The notes beneath the pieces were generated by a model, which worked only from the letters and a program-made list of their open reading frames with translations, did no database searches and was not told the origin of the DNA. The translations under genes were made by a program, and so were the position numbers. From positions 10,292,001-10,356,000 of the forward strand of contig NC_043004.1 of the NCBI RefSeq assembly GCF_006345805.1: a stretch of DNA of 64,000 nucleotides, read 5' to 3'. The DNA is from Octopus sinensis (Eukaryota). This document shows, in pieces, positions 41,142 to 54,625 of this stretch (its first letter is position 1; each line of letters begins with the position of its first letter).

Positions 41142-41344
41142 CTTTTCTACTGGAGGTACAAGACCTCAAATTTGTGACGTGGGGACTAGCCGATTATATC
41201 AACCCTCAGTGTATCATTGGTACTTAATTTATCGACTCCGAAAGGATGAAAGCCAAAGTCGACCCCAGCGGAATTTGAACTCAGAATGTAGCAACGGGCG
41301 AAATACCGCTAAGCATTTCGTCCAGCTGGCAGCTGGCCTCCTTG

Positions 41345-41406
<62 letters not shown>

Positions 41407-42320
41407 CTTTTCTACTCTAGGAACAAGGTCCGATATTTTTGGGTACTTATTTATTCGACCTCGAACGGATGAAAGGCAAAGTCAACCTCGGCGGAATTTG
41501 AACTCAGAACGTAACGGCAGAAGGAATACTTATTTCTTTACTACCCACAAGGGGCTAAACACAGAGAGGACAAACAAGGAGAGACAAACGGATTAAGTCG
41601 ATTACATCGACCCCAGTGCGTAACTGGTACTTAATTTATCGACCCCGAAAGGATGAAAGGCAAAGTCGACCTCGGCGGAATTTGAACACAGAACGTAGCG
41701 ACAGACGAAATACCTATTTCTTTATTGCCCACAAGGGGCTAAACACAGAGGGAACAAACAAGGACAGACATAGGTATTAAGTCGATTACATCGACCCCAG
41801 TGCGTAACTGGTACTTAATTTATCGACCCCGAATGGTTGAAAGGCAAAGTCGACCTCGGCGGAATTTGAACACAGAACGTAGCGACAGACGAAATACCTG
41901 TTTCTTTATTACCCACAAGCGGCTAAACATAGCGGGGACAACCAAGGAGAGACAAACGGATTAAGTCGATTACATCGACCCCAGTGTGTAACTGGTACTT
42001 TGGTACTTAATTTATCGACCCCGAAAGGATGAAAGGCAAAGTCGACCTCGGCGGAATTTGAACACAGAACGTAAAGCAGACGAAATACCTGTTTCTTTAT
42101 TGCCCACAAGGGGCTGAACACAGAGGGGACAAACAAGGACAGACACACGGATTAAGTCGATTACATCGACCCCAGTGCATAACTGGTACTTAATTTATCG
42201 ACCCCGAAAGGATGAAAGGCAAAATCTACCTCGGCGGAATTTGAACTCTGAACCTAACGGCAGACGGAATACGGCTACGCATTTCGCCCGCCGTGCTACG
42301 ATTCTGCCAGCTCGCCACCC
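40340..42320 (-). mobile_element. Stack of at least 6 co-oriented SINE B copies; the last (41445-42320) is a roughly 5-unit 184-bp multimer
   Basis: Repeated B cores with (TAA)n tails between copies. The period is 184 bp (41704 to 41888) and 191 bp where a 7-nt duplication is present. Confidence 0.9.
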
Positions 42321-42973
42321 TAGAAACTATTATATTAAAGTGCTATCGACAGTCTCATGGTGTAAGGAATCTGTCAGACTATGGAAACGATATAGTGAAA
42401 TTGTATCGGCGGTTTAAAGGGAGAGAAAGAGAGAGAGAGAGAAGAGAGAGTGAAAGAGAGAGGTTGAGAGAGAAAGTGACAGTGAAAATGAATGAAAGAG
42501 AGAAAAAGAATGTGATACAGAAAAACAGAATGAGGTTGAGAGTGAGAGCAAGAGGGAGCGTGTGAGAGATTCAAACGGACGCTGCACATGCAAATGACAA
42601 TTAGCAGTGTGTATGTATGTGTCAGAGCTACGAGACATGCGTAAGTCTGCGCATGACACTAGCCTCCGTCCGTGTGTGTGGAAACTAAAAGAGAACTTAC
42701 TTTTACGAAAACATGTTCTTCATCTTCAGATAACACATAATTAAAATATTCTGTTATGGGAGGTTCTGTCATTTGTCAAATTTATTCGGTTTCTTTTGTG
42801 TTGCATAGATGCGATAAGAAACTCTGTGTGTGTGAGTGTGTGTGTTTGTATGTATGTACGTATGTATGAATTTATGTATGTATCTATCTATATATGTACA
42901 TATATTTATGCATGTGTGTATGCATGCATGTGTATGTATATATGTATCTATCTAGCTATCTACACACACACAC

Positions 42974-43029
<56 letters not shown>

Positions 43030-43033
43030 CCAT

Positions 43034-43170
43034 TAAATGTGACCAGGGTGTTAGGAAACACCTAAAGTACTAGAAATAAGAGCTAAAGCGGTCCAATGCT
43101 GTTGAGCATTGGAGAGCTTTAGCACTTATTTCTAGCAATGTCGATGTTTTTAACACCCTACTCACATTTA
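43034..43170. repeat. Degenerate fold-back, arms of about 65 bp
   Basis: ctagaaataag.gctaaagc..tccaatgct / agcattgga.agctttagc.cttatttctag. Confidence 0.7.
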
Positions 43171-43218
43171 GTGAACATTATAACTGTCCTCTTTGGTCAA
43201 ACATTGCAAACTACTGTT

Positions 43219-43249
<31 letters not shown>

Positions 43250-43259
43250 TATATATATA

Positions 43260-43453
43260 GGTCCCGGGTTGAGTCGGGGTTAACCACAGTAAATAAGGTA
43301 CTCAATACATAGCAGAGTAAAGTAATTTATTTTATAGAAGGAGCTTCTACAGGACTAGAACTGTTTCATTCGGATGAAATCTTCAGGAAGCTCCTGAAGA
43401 TTTCATCTGAATGAAACAGTTCTAGTCCTGTAGAAGCTCCTTCTATAAAATAA
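43260..43453 (-). mobile_element. Short hammerhead-bearing element with a 127-bp palindrome (43327-43453), inside (TA)n
   Basis: Arms differ at about 1 position, and (TA)n lies on both sides. Confidence 0.85.
43339..43395 (-). ncRNA. Type I hammerhead with a 9-bp stem I
   Basis: aggagcttc-CTGAAGA-t.ttc(atcc)gaa.t-GAAA-cag...ctg-TA-gaagctcct. Confidence 0.7.
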
Positions 43454-43717
43454 TATATATATAATATATATATAAACTTAGATAAGATAAAAATCTTAAA
43501 TGTGTTTCGACCCAAGATTGGTCCAGGCCATGTCTAACTTAATAGCACCGCCTGATAGGATTATCTAAATCCTGTTTAAGTCAAGTTTTGTTTATGGTCC
43601 ATTCAAGTAGTGAGCTCTTGTTGAGTGAGTTATATCCAGGTATGGGTGGCTTATCCGGTATTCCTTGAAGAAATCCGTCCAGACTCCGTTTAAAGTTGAT
43701 GGGATCCTTTTCCTCTT

Positions 43718-43755
<38 letters not shown>

Positions 43756-43945
43756 AAAGCTGATTGCCAACAGAATATGGCTGTCCTGAAGGGACGTCGC
43801 TACTGCTCATTAGCCCCAGTGCTAATAGTAAGGGATTATCAATCCGGGCAGAATAATTGTTCTATATACATACATACATGCACACACACACACAACACAT
43901 ATACATATATATATATATATATAGATATATATACATACATATATA

Positions 43946-43987
<42 letters not shown>

Positions 43988-44229
43988 CCCATGTACGTGT
44001 GCATCATTATCCACCAATCTCCGCCTGTCTGTCGGTTTCTCTTACTATTTGCACTTGCCTGTCCAACCCAAACCATCTCCCTCACTCTCTCCCCCCTCCC
44101 CTCCCCCTCCCCCTCTCTCTCTGTTCGCCTCCTCTGGCAAACCTTTATTTTTTTTTACAGTGGAATGCTTGGGAACTACATTTCTGCTATATTTGATTTC
44201 TTCACGGATTCGTACTTGCGAGAGAAAAG

Positions 44230-44467
44230 ATTGCAAGTGTCGCCGCCGTCGTCATTGTCATCATTGTCATCATCACCATCACCATCATCACCATCATCAT
44301 CATCGCCATCATCACCATCACCATCACCGTCATCATCATCTACATCACCATCATCATCACCACCATCTTCCTTACCATTATAATCAGTTATAATTATGAA
44401 TGGATGTCCTCGGTTTGATTACAAAAAACACTACCCAATATTAAGATTCAATTTACCATTTTAAATG

Positions 44468-44502
<35 letters not shown>

Positions 44503-44791
44503 AGAAACCGAGAGACAGGCGGAGATTGGTGGATAATGATGCACACGTACATGGGCATACACACACACACACACACACACACCACACACACTCACACACA
44601 CACACAAGGCTAGCACATTCGCATATAATTTGCTTGCGTATCAAAATATTTGTACATTCGTTTATTCCGCTGCTTGATTTTCATTTTGGCAAGCATCATT
44701 CTAGGAGCATTGCATTTCTGATTGGTTAAAAATTGGTATATTCGAAAACCCAAATAATAATAACAACAACAGCAACAACAACAACAACAAC

Positions 44792-44858
<67 letters not shown>

Positions 44859-45030
44859 TAAATAAATAAATAAATAATGAAAAAGAACCTCGTCCACATT
44901 ATGAAAGTCAAGACCATCAAGATCGTGATCGTAGTCGCCGTCATCATCATCATCATCATCATCATTATCATCATCATCATCGTCTGTCATCATCATCATC
45001 ATCATCATCATCGTTGTTGCCGTAGTCATC
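44230..45030. repeat. (CAT)n, (CA)n, (AAT)n and (AAAT)n tracts
   Basis: Directly visible. Confidence 0.9.
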
Positions 45031-45485
45031 GATAATCAAAGCAAAATTTTAAGAGGCAGAAAAACCTAAAAGAAAAAAATAAACAAAAAGAAATCCATTC
45101 AAAATAGCAAATGCAATTCAAACAGTTTTCCGTTTGTTTAGGAAATTGTAAATTCAATTTCAGACGTCTCCTGTTGTCTCTTCTTCAAATTTCCATTATT
45201 TCACTCCATGTTTGTTTTATGACTGATTTTATGCAAGTATTTCCTCTTATCCATGTTTTGCATATTACCATTTTTCTCTGTCTTCTTTTTTGATGTGTTT
45301 CCCGAGGTGAAAATTGTTAACGTGTACGAGTCTCCGCTTTCGAAGTTTATTGAAAGGCGTCTTCTAATACATATGCACGTTTTATCGATTCTGACTTGGT
45401 CTGGACATATGATGACAAAAGATAGTTAAAATTTTCAATGCCAACATTTAGACGTTGCTTCGTGTTATTTTGCTGTTGTCTGCAG

Positions 45486-45556
45486 TGTTTGAAATATATT
45501 GTCGAACAGAATTTTTGACAAAAGATAGCAGCAACAGATTTGAGTGTAAGGTGTTG
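45486..45556 (+). CDS. Candidate internal exon (x-FEIYCRTEFLTKDSSNRFECKVL)
   Basis: Acceptor gttattttgctgttgtctgcag and donor ttg|gtaagt. Only one frame is open, and the Cys pattern is Ig-like. Confidence 0.45.
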
Positions 45557-45699
45557 GTAAGTAATATGAATGGCGGCTGTACGAAGTAGATATGGGTTAA
45601 CAGATGCAAGAACGGACGTGGAAAGGGATTTGTAGACATGAATGAAAGAAGAGAGTAACTGACAATGGAAGAAAATGTACGGGTCTAAGGTGTTTCTCT

Positions 45700-45937
45700 T
45701 ATTTGTTTCCGTCGTTTGACTGCGGCCATGCTGGAGCACTGCCTCGAAGGGTTTTAGTCGAACAATTCGACCCCAAGACTTATATTTTAGACCTAGTACT
45801 TATTCTATCGGTGCCTTTTGTCGCTAAGTTACGGGAACGTAGTCACACCTACGCTAGTTGTCACGCGGTGGTGTTGGGGGACAAACACAGCCAAAAAGGT
45901 ATTCATTATAAGATATTCATACACATACATACATACA

Positions 45938-45984
<47 letters not shown>

Positions 45985-46125
45985 GACGAGCTTCTTTCAG
46001 TTCTCGTCTTCCAGACCTATTCACAAGGCTTTGGTCGGACCGGGGCTATAGCAGAAGGTGCCACGCAGTAGGACTGAACCCGGAACCATGTGGTTAGTAA
46101 GAAAGCTTCTTATCAGACAGCCAGG
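45700..46125 (-). mobile_element. SINE family A
   Basis: Diagnostic blocks with a central (TA)n. Confidence 0.8.
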
Positions 46126-46336
46126 GAGCAAGATTATAGAACCAGGGTACATTTTTTTTCTCTACTGGTATCAAGTTTGTTGCATAGACTTTGTATCTAC
46201 ATGGAATATGTATGTTTGTTCTGCAATATCAATTAGCACAGCAGTTGGTGGTAAAACCATTCTAACAGAACTGATGAAAAATAAATAAATAAATAAATAA
46301 ATACGTGCAACAGCAATCATCTATTATTTTCCTTAG

Positions 46337-46438
46337 AAGGAATTTACTTTTCGATTCCGGTTTTAGAGTTCTTACTGACGAATCGATTAAAATCAGTGAA
46401 TACTCAGACCGACCTAATTTTTCTGGCGACATACAGAG
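46337..46438 (+). CDS. Candidate 102-nt exon (RNLLFDSGFRVLTDESIKISEYSDRPNFSGDIQ in phase 2)
   Basis: Acceptor ctattattttccttag and donor gag|gtgaga. An alternative acceptor lies at 46366. The R..FSG pattern resembles a V-set D strand. Confidence 0.3.
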
Positions 46439-46569
46439 GTGAGAGAGAGGGGGAGAGATAGAGAGAGTAAGAGAGCAAGGAAGAGAAAGAGAGAGTAAGG
46501 AAGAGAGAGTGAGTGAGAGAGGGAAAATATGTATTTTAATGATGGAGTATGCTTTATATAGCAGGTTAA

Positions 46570-46795
46570 AATATTGGTTTCAAATTTTGGCGCAAGGCCA
46601 GCAATTTTAGAAGAGTGGGGTTAAGTCGGTTACATCGACCCTAGTACTCAACTGGTACTTATTTTATTGACCCTGAAACAATAAAAGGCAAAGCCAACCT
46701 CGGCGGAATTTGAACTCAGAATGTAAAGACGGACGAAATGTCGCTAAGAATTTTTAGTGGCATGTTAATGGTTCTGCCAGCTCGCCGCCTCATGG
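46570..46795 (-). mobile_element. SINE family B monomer (another at 52385-52600)
   Basis: B core plus head. Confidence 0.8.
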
Positions 46796-47364
46796 CAGAT
46801 TAAAACATTAAAAGTACGCGCAGTAAGTTACATTTCTACTAATTCAAAACTGGCCCAATAAATTATTACACCCCCATCACACACACACACACGTGCTTAC
46901 ACACACAATCACTCTCTCCCCCCTCTCTCTCTCTGACACATGTACACACACAAACTTAATGTACGTGCTTGCTTACACAACAACTACAACGTGCACAACT
47001 CACACAGCTATTCATTGAGTTGCTCTTCAATTATTCTAGCAGAGCAAACACTGTTGCAACAGGCTTGCCTGTTTGCGTATCAGGAAACGGGTTTTATAAT
47101 GATACAACATTAAAAATGGAAAACGAGAAAAACATTCGAAAACGACAAGGTAAAAATACAGGTGATTGCGGCCTGTATAGTCTAGTGATGCTATTGATGG
47201 TCCAACATTGAAATGCATTGATTGTTGAGAATTTATAGCGATACATACATACATAACATACATACATACATACTACATACATACATACATACATACATAC
47301 ATTCATACATACATATAAATAATATGTATATATGCATATATACATATGTATATGTACATAGGGG

Positions 47365-48158
47365 TGACTGTCTGGTAAGTAGCTTGCTTACGAACCACAT
47401 GGTTCCGGGTTCAGTCAACTGCGTGGCACCTTGGGCAAGTGTCTTCTACTATAGACTCGGGCCGACAAAAGCCTTGTGAGTGGATTTGGTAGACGGAAAC
47501 TGAAAGAACCCCGTCATATATATATATATATATATACATATACGTATGTGCGTATATATGCTTGTGTGTTTGTGTTTGTCCTCCCAACATCGCTTGACAA
47601 CCGATGGTGGTATGTTCATGTATGTATGTATGTATGTATGTCGCTCAAAAGAATAGTTCATGTTCCATGTGTTCGTGCTTCGTATTTTTTTCTTGTATAC
47701 GTTTCGTGGCGCCCTGTGCCCACATGGTGGTGGCTGCACCCTCGTTATCGAGTATGGCCATTGCACGAAGCATAATCAATGTTGTTATCGTGCAATGCCT
47801 TTGCAAGAAGATGTAGCAGCACTGCCTTTAGTCGATCAAATCTACCCCAGGACTTATATTTTCTAAGCCTAGTACTTACTCTTTTGCCGAACCGCTAAGT
47901 TACGGGGACGTAAACAAACCGCCATCGGTTGTCAAGCGATGTTGGGGGGACAAACACAGACACACAAACATATGCACACACATACATATATATATACATA
48001 TATACGACAGGTTTCTTTCAGTTTCTGTCTACCAAATCTACTCACAAAGCTTTGGTCGGTCCGAGGCTAGTGTAGAAGACACTTGCCTAATGTGCCACGC
48101 AGTGGGACTGAACCCGGAACCACGTGGTTCGTAAGCAAGCTACTTACCACACAGCCAG
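47365..48158. mobile_element. Two SINE family A copies in opposite orientation (47365-47620 +, 47815-48158 -)
   Basis: Diagnostic blocks. Confidence 0.85.
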
Positions 48159-48264
48159 TCTTACACATATGGCTATTGTAATCTAATACTGCTTCTGATG
48201 CATATAATAGGACACACACATATACATATATGTGTGTGTGTATGTACGCATGTATGTATGTATG

Positions 48265-48295
<31 letters not shown>

Positions 48296-48551
48296 GTGCT
48301 TGCATAGAGGTGCTAAGCAAGGTGGAAGTAATAGCACACGAATACAAAGTTAAGAGTAAAACATATTCTTTTACTGAAGCTCAAAAAACTTCATAATCCG
48401 TTGCGAAAAATTTCAGTTTGGATTGTCTTTTAAGCTCTATGATAAAACTATATATTCACACAGTTGAAATTTATAGAAAAACAAAAGATGAAGACAGGTG
48501 TATGAACAACAAACAAGTGTATTTGTTTGACGCTCGGGAAAAGGAAAAAGT

Positions 48552-48587
48552 CTTTTACATTTTGAGCCTACGCTCTTCAACAGAAAG
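48552..48587 (-). ncRNA. Decayed hammerhead of the same family as 13193-13216
   Basis: cttt-CTGTTGA-a-gagc(gtag)gctc-aAAA-tg-TA-aaag. Confidence 0.45.
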
Positions 48588-49429
48588 GAATAAGAGAAAA
48601 TTATACAGAGAGAGAATGAAAAAAACAGTGTTCAGCGTTGCAACATGACGGATGATTAAAAAAAAGTTTGAAAGAAAGGGAGATAATAATAAAGAAAAGA
48701 GGTTGAACGGCAGATAATAAAGTTCTGGTGATTCTAAAAGAAGGTGCGCGTGCGTATGTGTGTGAGAATGGTGTGTGTCAATGTGTGTGAATAGGGGCTG
48801 GTGACGCTGACGTGTGGTGAGTGTGTACGTCTGTAAGTGTGTGCGTCTGTAACGCGTGTATGCCTGTGTATTGTGTGTAGCAATTGTGATGTGTTTTTAC
48901 GTGGTGTGAGCACATGTGTGTGTGTCTGTGACCAAACAGTGTGCAAGTGTATGGTGTATATATGTAAGTGAAAGTTATCTTTGTCTATGTATATAGCGTG
49001 TGTTAATGCGTATTGCGTGTGCGTGTATATATAGTCTGTGTTCAGGTATTATGTGCTTGCGTGGGTGTGGGAGTGCGCATGATGGTGTCTGGTGTGTGTA
49101 CTGAGTTAAACGGTGTGTGTGGCTATTCATATAACGGTATGTGTTGTGACGCTATTGAAGATGGTGTGTGGTGTGGGTGCTGGGAAGTAGTCAGTGCTAG
49201 TGTGTGTGGAGTGGTATCAATGAAGTGAGAGGTAAGGTAGGTATCAGATGAAGAGAGGAGGTGAGTTGAGCCCATGTGGCGCAAAGGAGCCAAGAGAGAA
49301 GATTAATTCCTTTTCACGGCGAAGGCGGGCGCTCAGATGGTCGCTGTGCTAAGACAGTCCGGACACAGACGGATGCTGTAGCGATTGACCGGTTGAGCGG
49401 AAATGGCGCGAGACCGGGGTGTTATTGCC

Positions 49430-49750
49430 GGAGCACTCTGTCGGTTTCGACGGCAAGGGTTCCAGCTGATATCAATCAACGGAAGGGCCTGCCTGTGAAA
49501 TTACCGTTCAAGCGGTTGAGCACTCCACAGACACGTGTACCCTTAACACAGTTTTCAGGGAAATTCATCGTGACACAAAAAGTGACAAGGATGGCCGTTT
49601 GAAATACAAGTACTCCACATTTTTGCCACCTGAGGGGACTGGAGCAACGTTAAATAAAGTGTCTTGCTCCAGGACACCACGCGTCGCCGGGAATTGAACT
49701 CACGACCTTACGATCATGAGCTGAATATCCCAACGACTAAGACACGCCTT
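49430..49750 (-). mobile_element. Mosaic SINE: D-type head with C-type 3' body
   Basis: The head matches 63886-64000 and 28474. The body (tgtatttcaaa.ggcc..ccttgtcac...ttaagggtacacgtgtctgtggagtgctca) matches 63480-63655. Confidence 0.7.
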
Positions 49751-49896
49751 CACACACACACAAACACACACACACATATGTATGTTTATAATTACATACA
49801 TAATATATATTTATACATACATACATATATATATATATATATGCAGACATACATAAATACATACATATATCTACACACATATTCATTGTTAAAGCC

Positions 49897-49946
<50 letters not shown>

Positions 49947-50043
49947 ACATACATATATATATATAAATGTATGTATATATATATATACATACATATATAT
50001 ACATATATATACATATATATATATATATTGTATATATATATAA

Positions 50044-50078
<35 letters not shown>

Positions 50079-51479
50079 TATTCATACATATATACATACA
50101 CACACATACATACATGCATAAATATCTACGCACATTAATGGTTAAAGCCAAGATGTTACTTAAATAAATTGCTATGTGATCTCAAAATTTTAGAATTCTA
50201 AATTATTTCTTTAGTCTGATTGAAACGCGTCTTGTTGTCTAGTCACATCAAATTTATATGAATGCTACTACATCCGCATATACTTTTTCACAGATATATA
50301 GTTACAAATTGCGCTCGCACGCACATAAACGCTGAAGCACATATTTCGGATATGTTCGTTCCTGAATATGATTATCCTAATGTATATTCATGAATGTATG
50401 CCTGCTTGTCCATTCCCTATTAGCTCTGAAATTACAAAAAGATCACCTAGAAAAGCATATATATTGTTATTCACCATCTCATAATGAATGTTTCCATATA
50501 ATTTTATTTCGATTGATACACTCTCAAAGACTTTGAATATCTTTATAAAATATTCACAATCTTGTTGTAAAAGCTATAAGTCTTTATTCCTTACTTCATC
50601 CATTTCCTACACATTCTCTTCCACAGTGTCTCCGTGTGTCGCTAGACATTCTTGTGTCATACATCCACTTCAAAGTCCAACATGTTTTTGCCTTCTTTAG
50701 GTAATATCGTTCCCAAATTTGGTCCGTTAGTATCACAGAAACGCTATTAATTCCATTGGATGTAGCCATATTCGATTCCCTGGTGGATAAAATCTGAAGA
50801 CACCGCTGATTTTTGTTATTTATGCTGCTTGTAGACAGACTTAACTGCCACATCGACTAATTGCAGGTTGGACAGGGTCCGGTCGTAGTGGTTTGGTGAT
50901 TATCGTAAATGACTGAATTTGAGCAGAGAACATAAAGTTAATACAAAAAGTCTCATCCGTCCTTTTAACAATCGTTTAATCCACTTATAGTCAGGTCAGG
51001 GATGTAAACCAGTACTACCTGTTCCATAGTCGAGTGGTTGACAACTAAGCCGGTTACTCCACTTGAGTGGGCTTACTATTTTTGTGAGGATGGTGTCTTG
51101 TTCTCCAGCAGAACTGAAAACAAGGTCTGTCGAAGGCAAAGTCGTCATCCAGTTGGAGAAGGCAATGACAAACTACCCAAATATCTCTGCCGGAAAAACA
51201 CTATGATACTATGGCTTCATCCAATGGGAGAACCCACCTTTAACTGGGAAGATTTTTACTGTAGTGTCATAAACGCACTGCAAAAAATCGTGCGATTCAT
51301 GGCGAGGACAACGGGTAATTATCTACTGCTCTGGAGCCTTAATTTATTGGTTCCTGAAAGGGTGAAAAGAAAATTTGACCGCAGTACAATTTCTGCTCAC
51401 AGCTTAGGGACACGGAATAAATACTGAAATTTATTTTGTCTGTTGATCTAAAAACAATTTGTCGCAACACTAGTAACAC

Positions 51480-52080
51480 TAGTCACATGTATGCATTGAT
51501 TTTAATTCTATATTTAAATGGTAATTCCTTTTGTGAAATTTCGACTGTCATTCACTTCAAACGTTTGTTATTTCTTAAACGTGTCAAGAGTAGGAACATT
51601 TCTCTTTGAAAAGTTTCCACTTTCTCTTCAATTAAAAAAAAAATGGTTAAACCCATATTCGTTTACCGCTACAATTCTTTATCAATAGCTTCAAATATTT
51701 TTTATATTTCTTTAAGTCTCAGTCACGTAAGTATTATGGAAACCTTATTCATTGGAAAGTTTTTATTCATTAATTTACACTCCTTATTTGAAATATAATT
51801 CTTTTTGTGACGTTTTCACTATCAGTCGTATGAAATATTCCTTTATTTTATTATGTGTCAATACTGAGAACATTTCTTATTCAAAATCCTGTATTTTCTA
51901 TTCAAGTTTAAAAATTAGCAAACCAATAATATTCATTTGCCGTTACAAATTTTCATCAATAACTTCAGATATTTCTTTAGTTCTTTTCACTTTCTTGTCC
52001 TTTGTTAATATTTAAAAAAAATAATTTTCTTTGTCACTTTTTCCATATAATTCTGTTAAAATGTTTTAGCTCTTTAAATA
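51480..52080 (-). pseudogene. Decayed coding-like tandem repeat, unit about 274 bp
   Basis: atcaat at 51681/51955 and ttgtga at 51531/51805. Minus-strand translations align (EVIDENL.RQ.N.GL.IF.LEEK..F..EMF..LT...SQKEL.FK) with stops. Confidence 0.4.
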
Positions 52081-53619
52081 AATAACACTCGGACAATCAC
52101 TTAAAAATAGGAAAACCAATATTTAAGATGGAACTGGCTAGCTATTTCAAATAAAACATCACTTGTAATTCCATGCAGCACACAAACAGGTAAACTTCAA
52201 TCTAGATTCAAGTTATATTTTTCGGAAAATCTAAGAAAATTCCATTTTCTACAATGACTGGAGTTCATCGAAATGGAAATAAGTTATTTGAACAATATGC
52301 AACCAAGATACTGCTTTTACATAACGGCAAATTCAAACCTGATACATAAAGAAGTGACAGTGAATCAGGTACTATTATAATATTCATTTCAAATTTTAGT
52401 ACAAGGCCAGCAATTTCGGGGGAGAAGTAAGTCGATTACACCAGCCCCAGTGCTCAACTGGTACTTATTTTCATCCCCCGAAAGGATGACAGGCAAAAAC
52501 CGACCTCGGTGGAATTTGAACCCAGAATGTAAAGACGGATGAAATGCTGCTGAGCATTTTTCCCCGGTGTGATAACGACTCTGCCAGCTCGCCGCTTTAC
52601 GGTAGCATTATAATATTGTCTGATAATGAACTGAAGAAATGCTATTCCCAAATAGTTCAAAGTACTACCAAATTCAAAATCGGACATTTCATTCTTAATG
52701 ATTTGATATATGAGAACTTTTCTTCATAAATCAGGGAGGTTTTTGAATTTTTTCGTTAACTAGTATGCGTGATCCTTTGCTCAACTTGTACTACATTATT
52801 TTATTGTTTATATATTACTCACCAAGTTTTGTGCAGGATTCTTTATCAGAAGGAGCGTGGTTTAACTAAACTTGATTATTTTTCCATTACTTGATTTAGG
52901 GAAGAATAGAGTTTTCCAGAAATGGCATATTAGCAAAGCGAAAATAGCTAGGAAATTCAATAACTTCGAAAAGAGCAACAATAATAACAGCAGTAACAAG
53001 AATAACAACGACAAGAACAGCAACAATGTTTTCTTGGCAAATTTATCGAGGAAGGTACAGAACGTAAGAAGGAAAATAACAGAAAGGACGAAACAAGACA
53101 TTCAAAGAATTCTTCAAAAAGTGGGAAACCACCGAAGGTTACTTTCGTAAACCTCACATCACAAGGGTCATCTCGTTGTCCTCCTCTATTCTGCATGTAT
53201 GCATCAGGCCCTTCATCCGTTCCATGTTTACCGCTCTCATCAGCCCTTTCAAAATTTTTTTATAGGAGGCAGCACTTTATTTCTAAATGCAATTTCAAAA
53301 GTTGATGAGAGCTGGCTCAAAGAGAAATGTGTCTGTCATCAGCCCTTTCAATCTGGCCCACCACTAATAACAATTCTTTCTAATAAAGTCATAAGGAGCG
53401 AAAATTTTGAGGAGTCTTTAGTCGAGACTACGGGCCCCAATTCTGGACTGGTACTTTATTTTGTCGGCTCCAGGTTCCAAAGTTTATAAGTTTTGAAAAG
53501 AGACCCCGTGAAACCTTTCACAACATGTTGCTGTACGCACTTACAGAATCAACCAGAGCAGGTAAGATCGGGAACCCTGAGAAGTAAAGTATAATAATGA
53601 CGATGATGGTGATGATGAT

Positions 53620-54165
53620 GATGAATGCCATGATGCGAGTACCAGGCAGTGGCTCTCATGGCTTCTGATCTTAACTGGTTGGAAGTTTTATCATGTACAT
53701 TGTTTTGTCTTGGTATAAAAGATGGGCTACTGCAAATATTCTGCTCAATACTACAGATTTGCCTGTCAGTTGTTTGGCCTTAACCAGTTGACCATGTCTC
53801 TTAGCGGTTGACGATACGTGCATCCCTGATCATGTAGTGGGGGAGTATCATAGCCATGTGCTGAGAGGAATTATTTGAGGTTTCAATAATTCACCTTTGC
53901 AAACATGAGCGTTTTGTAAAACATCCTTAAATAACCCTTATTCAGGGACCTTTTGAGCGGGATGGGGTCAAGAAAATTCTAACTGGGCCCCACCTACAAG
54001 GTCATGTGCTGTTTATCTTGATATGGGATCGCCATGTCGCGCATATTTGGTTGTGATGCATGTGCCTGGTGTACCCTTATCAGACAGGTAGTCATGATGG
54101 GTATACTGGGCTTTGTATATTTTACCCTGGTGTCACCTTGATGGCAAGCACTGTTCTCTCAATAA
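53620..54165. mobile_element. Unclassified interspersed repeat (probable)
   Basis: GC-richer block bounded by (GAT)n and (AAT)n tails. No motif recognised. Confidence 0.3.
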
Positions 54166-54350
54166 TAATAATGGCAGCAACTATAGCATCTGTTTGTGAT
54201 TCACTCTATCCATGTATGTATGTATGTATGTATGTATGTATGTATGTATGTATGTATGTATGTATGCATATATGTATGTATGTATGTATATATGTATGCA
54301 TGCATGTATGTATATATATATATGTATATGTATATATATATGTATGTATG

Positions 54351-54433
<83 letters not shown>

Positions 54434-54456
54434 CATATATTTATATATACATATAG

Positions 54457-54591
54457 GCGCAGGAGTGGCTTCCCAACCACATGGTCTCGGGTTCAGTCCA
54501 TCTGCGTGGAACCTTGGACAAATGCCTGTCTTCTACTATAGACTCGAGCCAACCAAAGCCTTGTGAGTGGATTTAATGGACACACACGTAC

Positions 54592-54625
<34 letters not shown>

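Noticed and set aside
48760-49260. GT-rich block as a structured element
   Set aside because: It is a degenerate (GT)/(GGT) simple sequence with no defined ends. A similar tract lies at 63680-63885.
51100-51230. BovB/RTE-like ggagaaggcaatg.caaac motif
   Set aside because: Too short and decayed to delimit an element with confidence.
53547-53561. 15-nt microexon (ttacag|aatcaaccagagcag|gtaaga)
   Set aside because: The polypyrimidine tract is poor and there is no independent support. Such matches are expected by chance.
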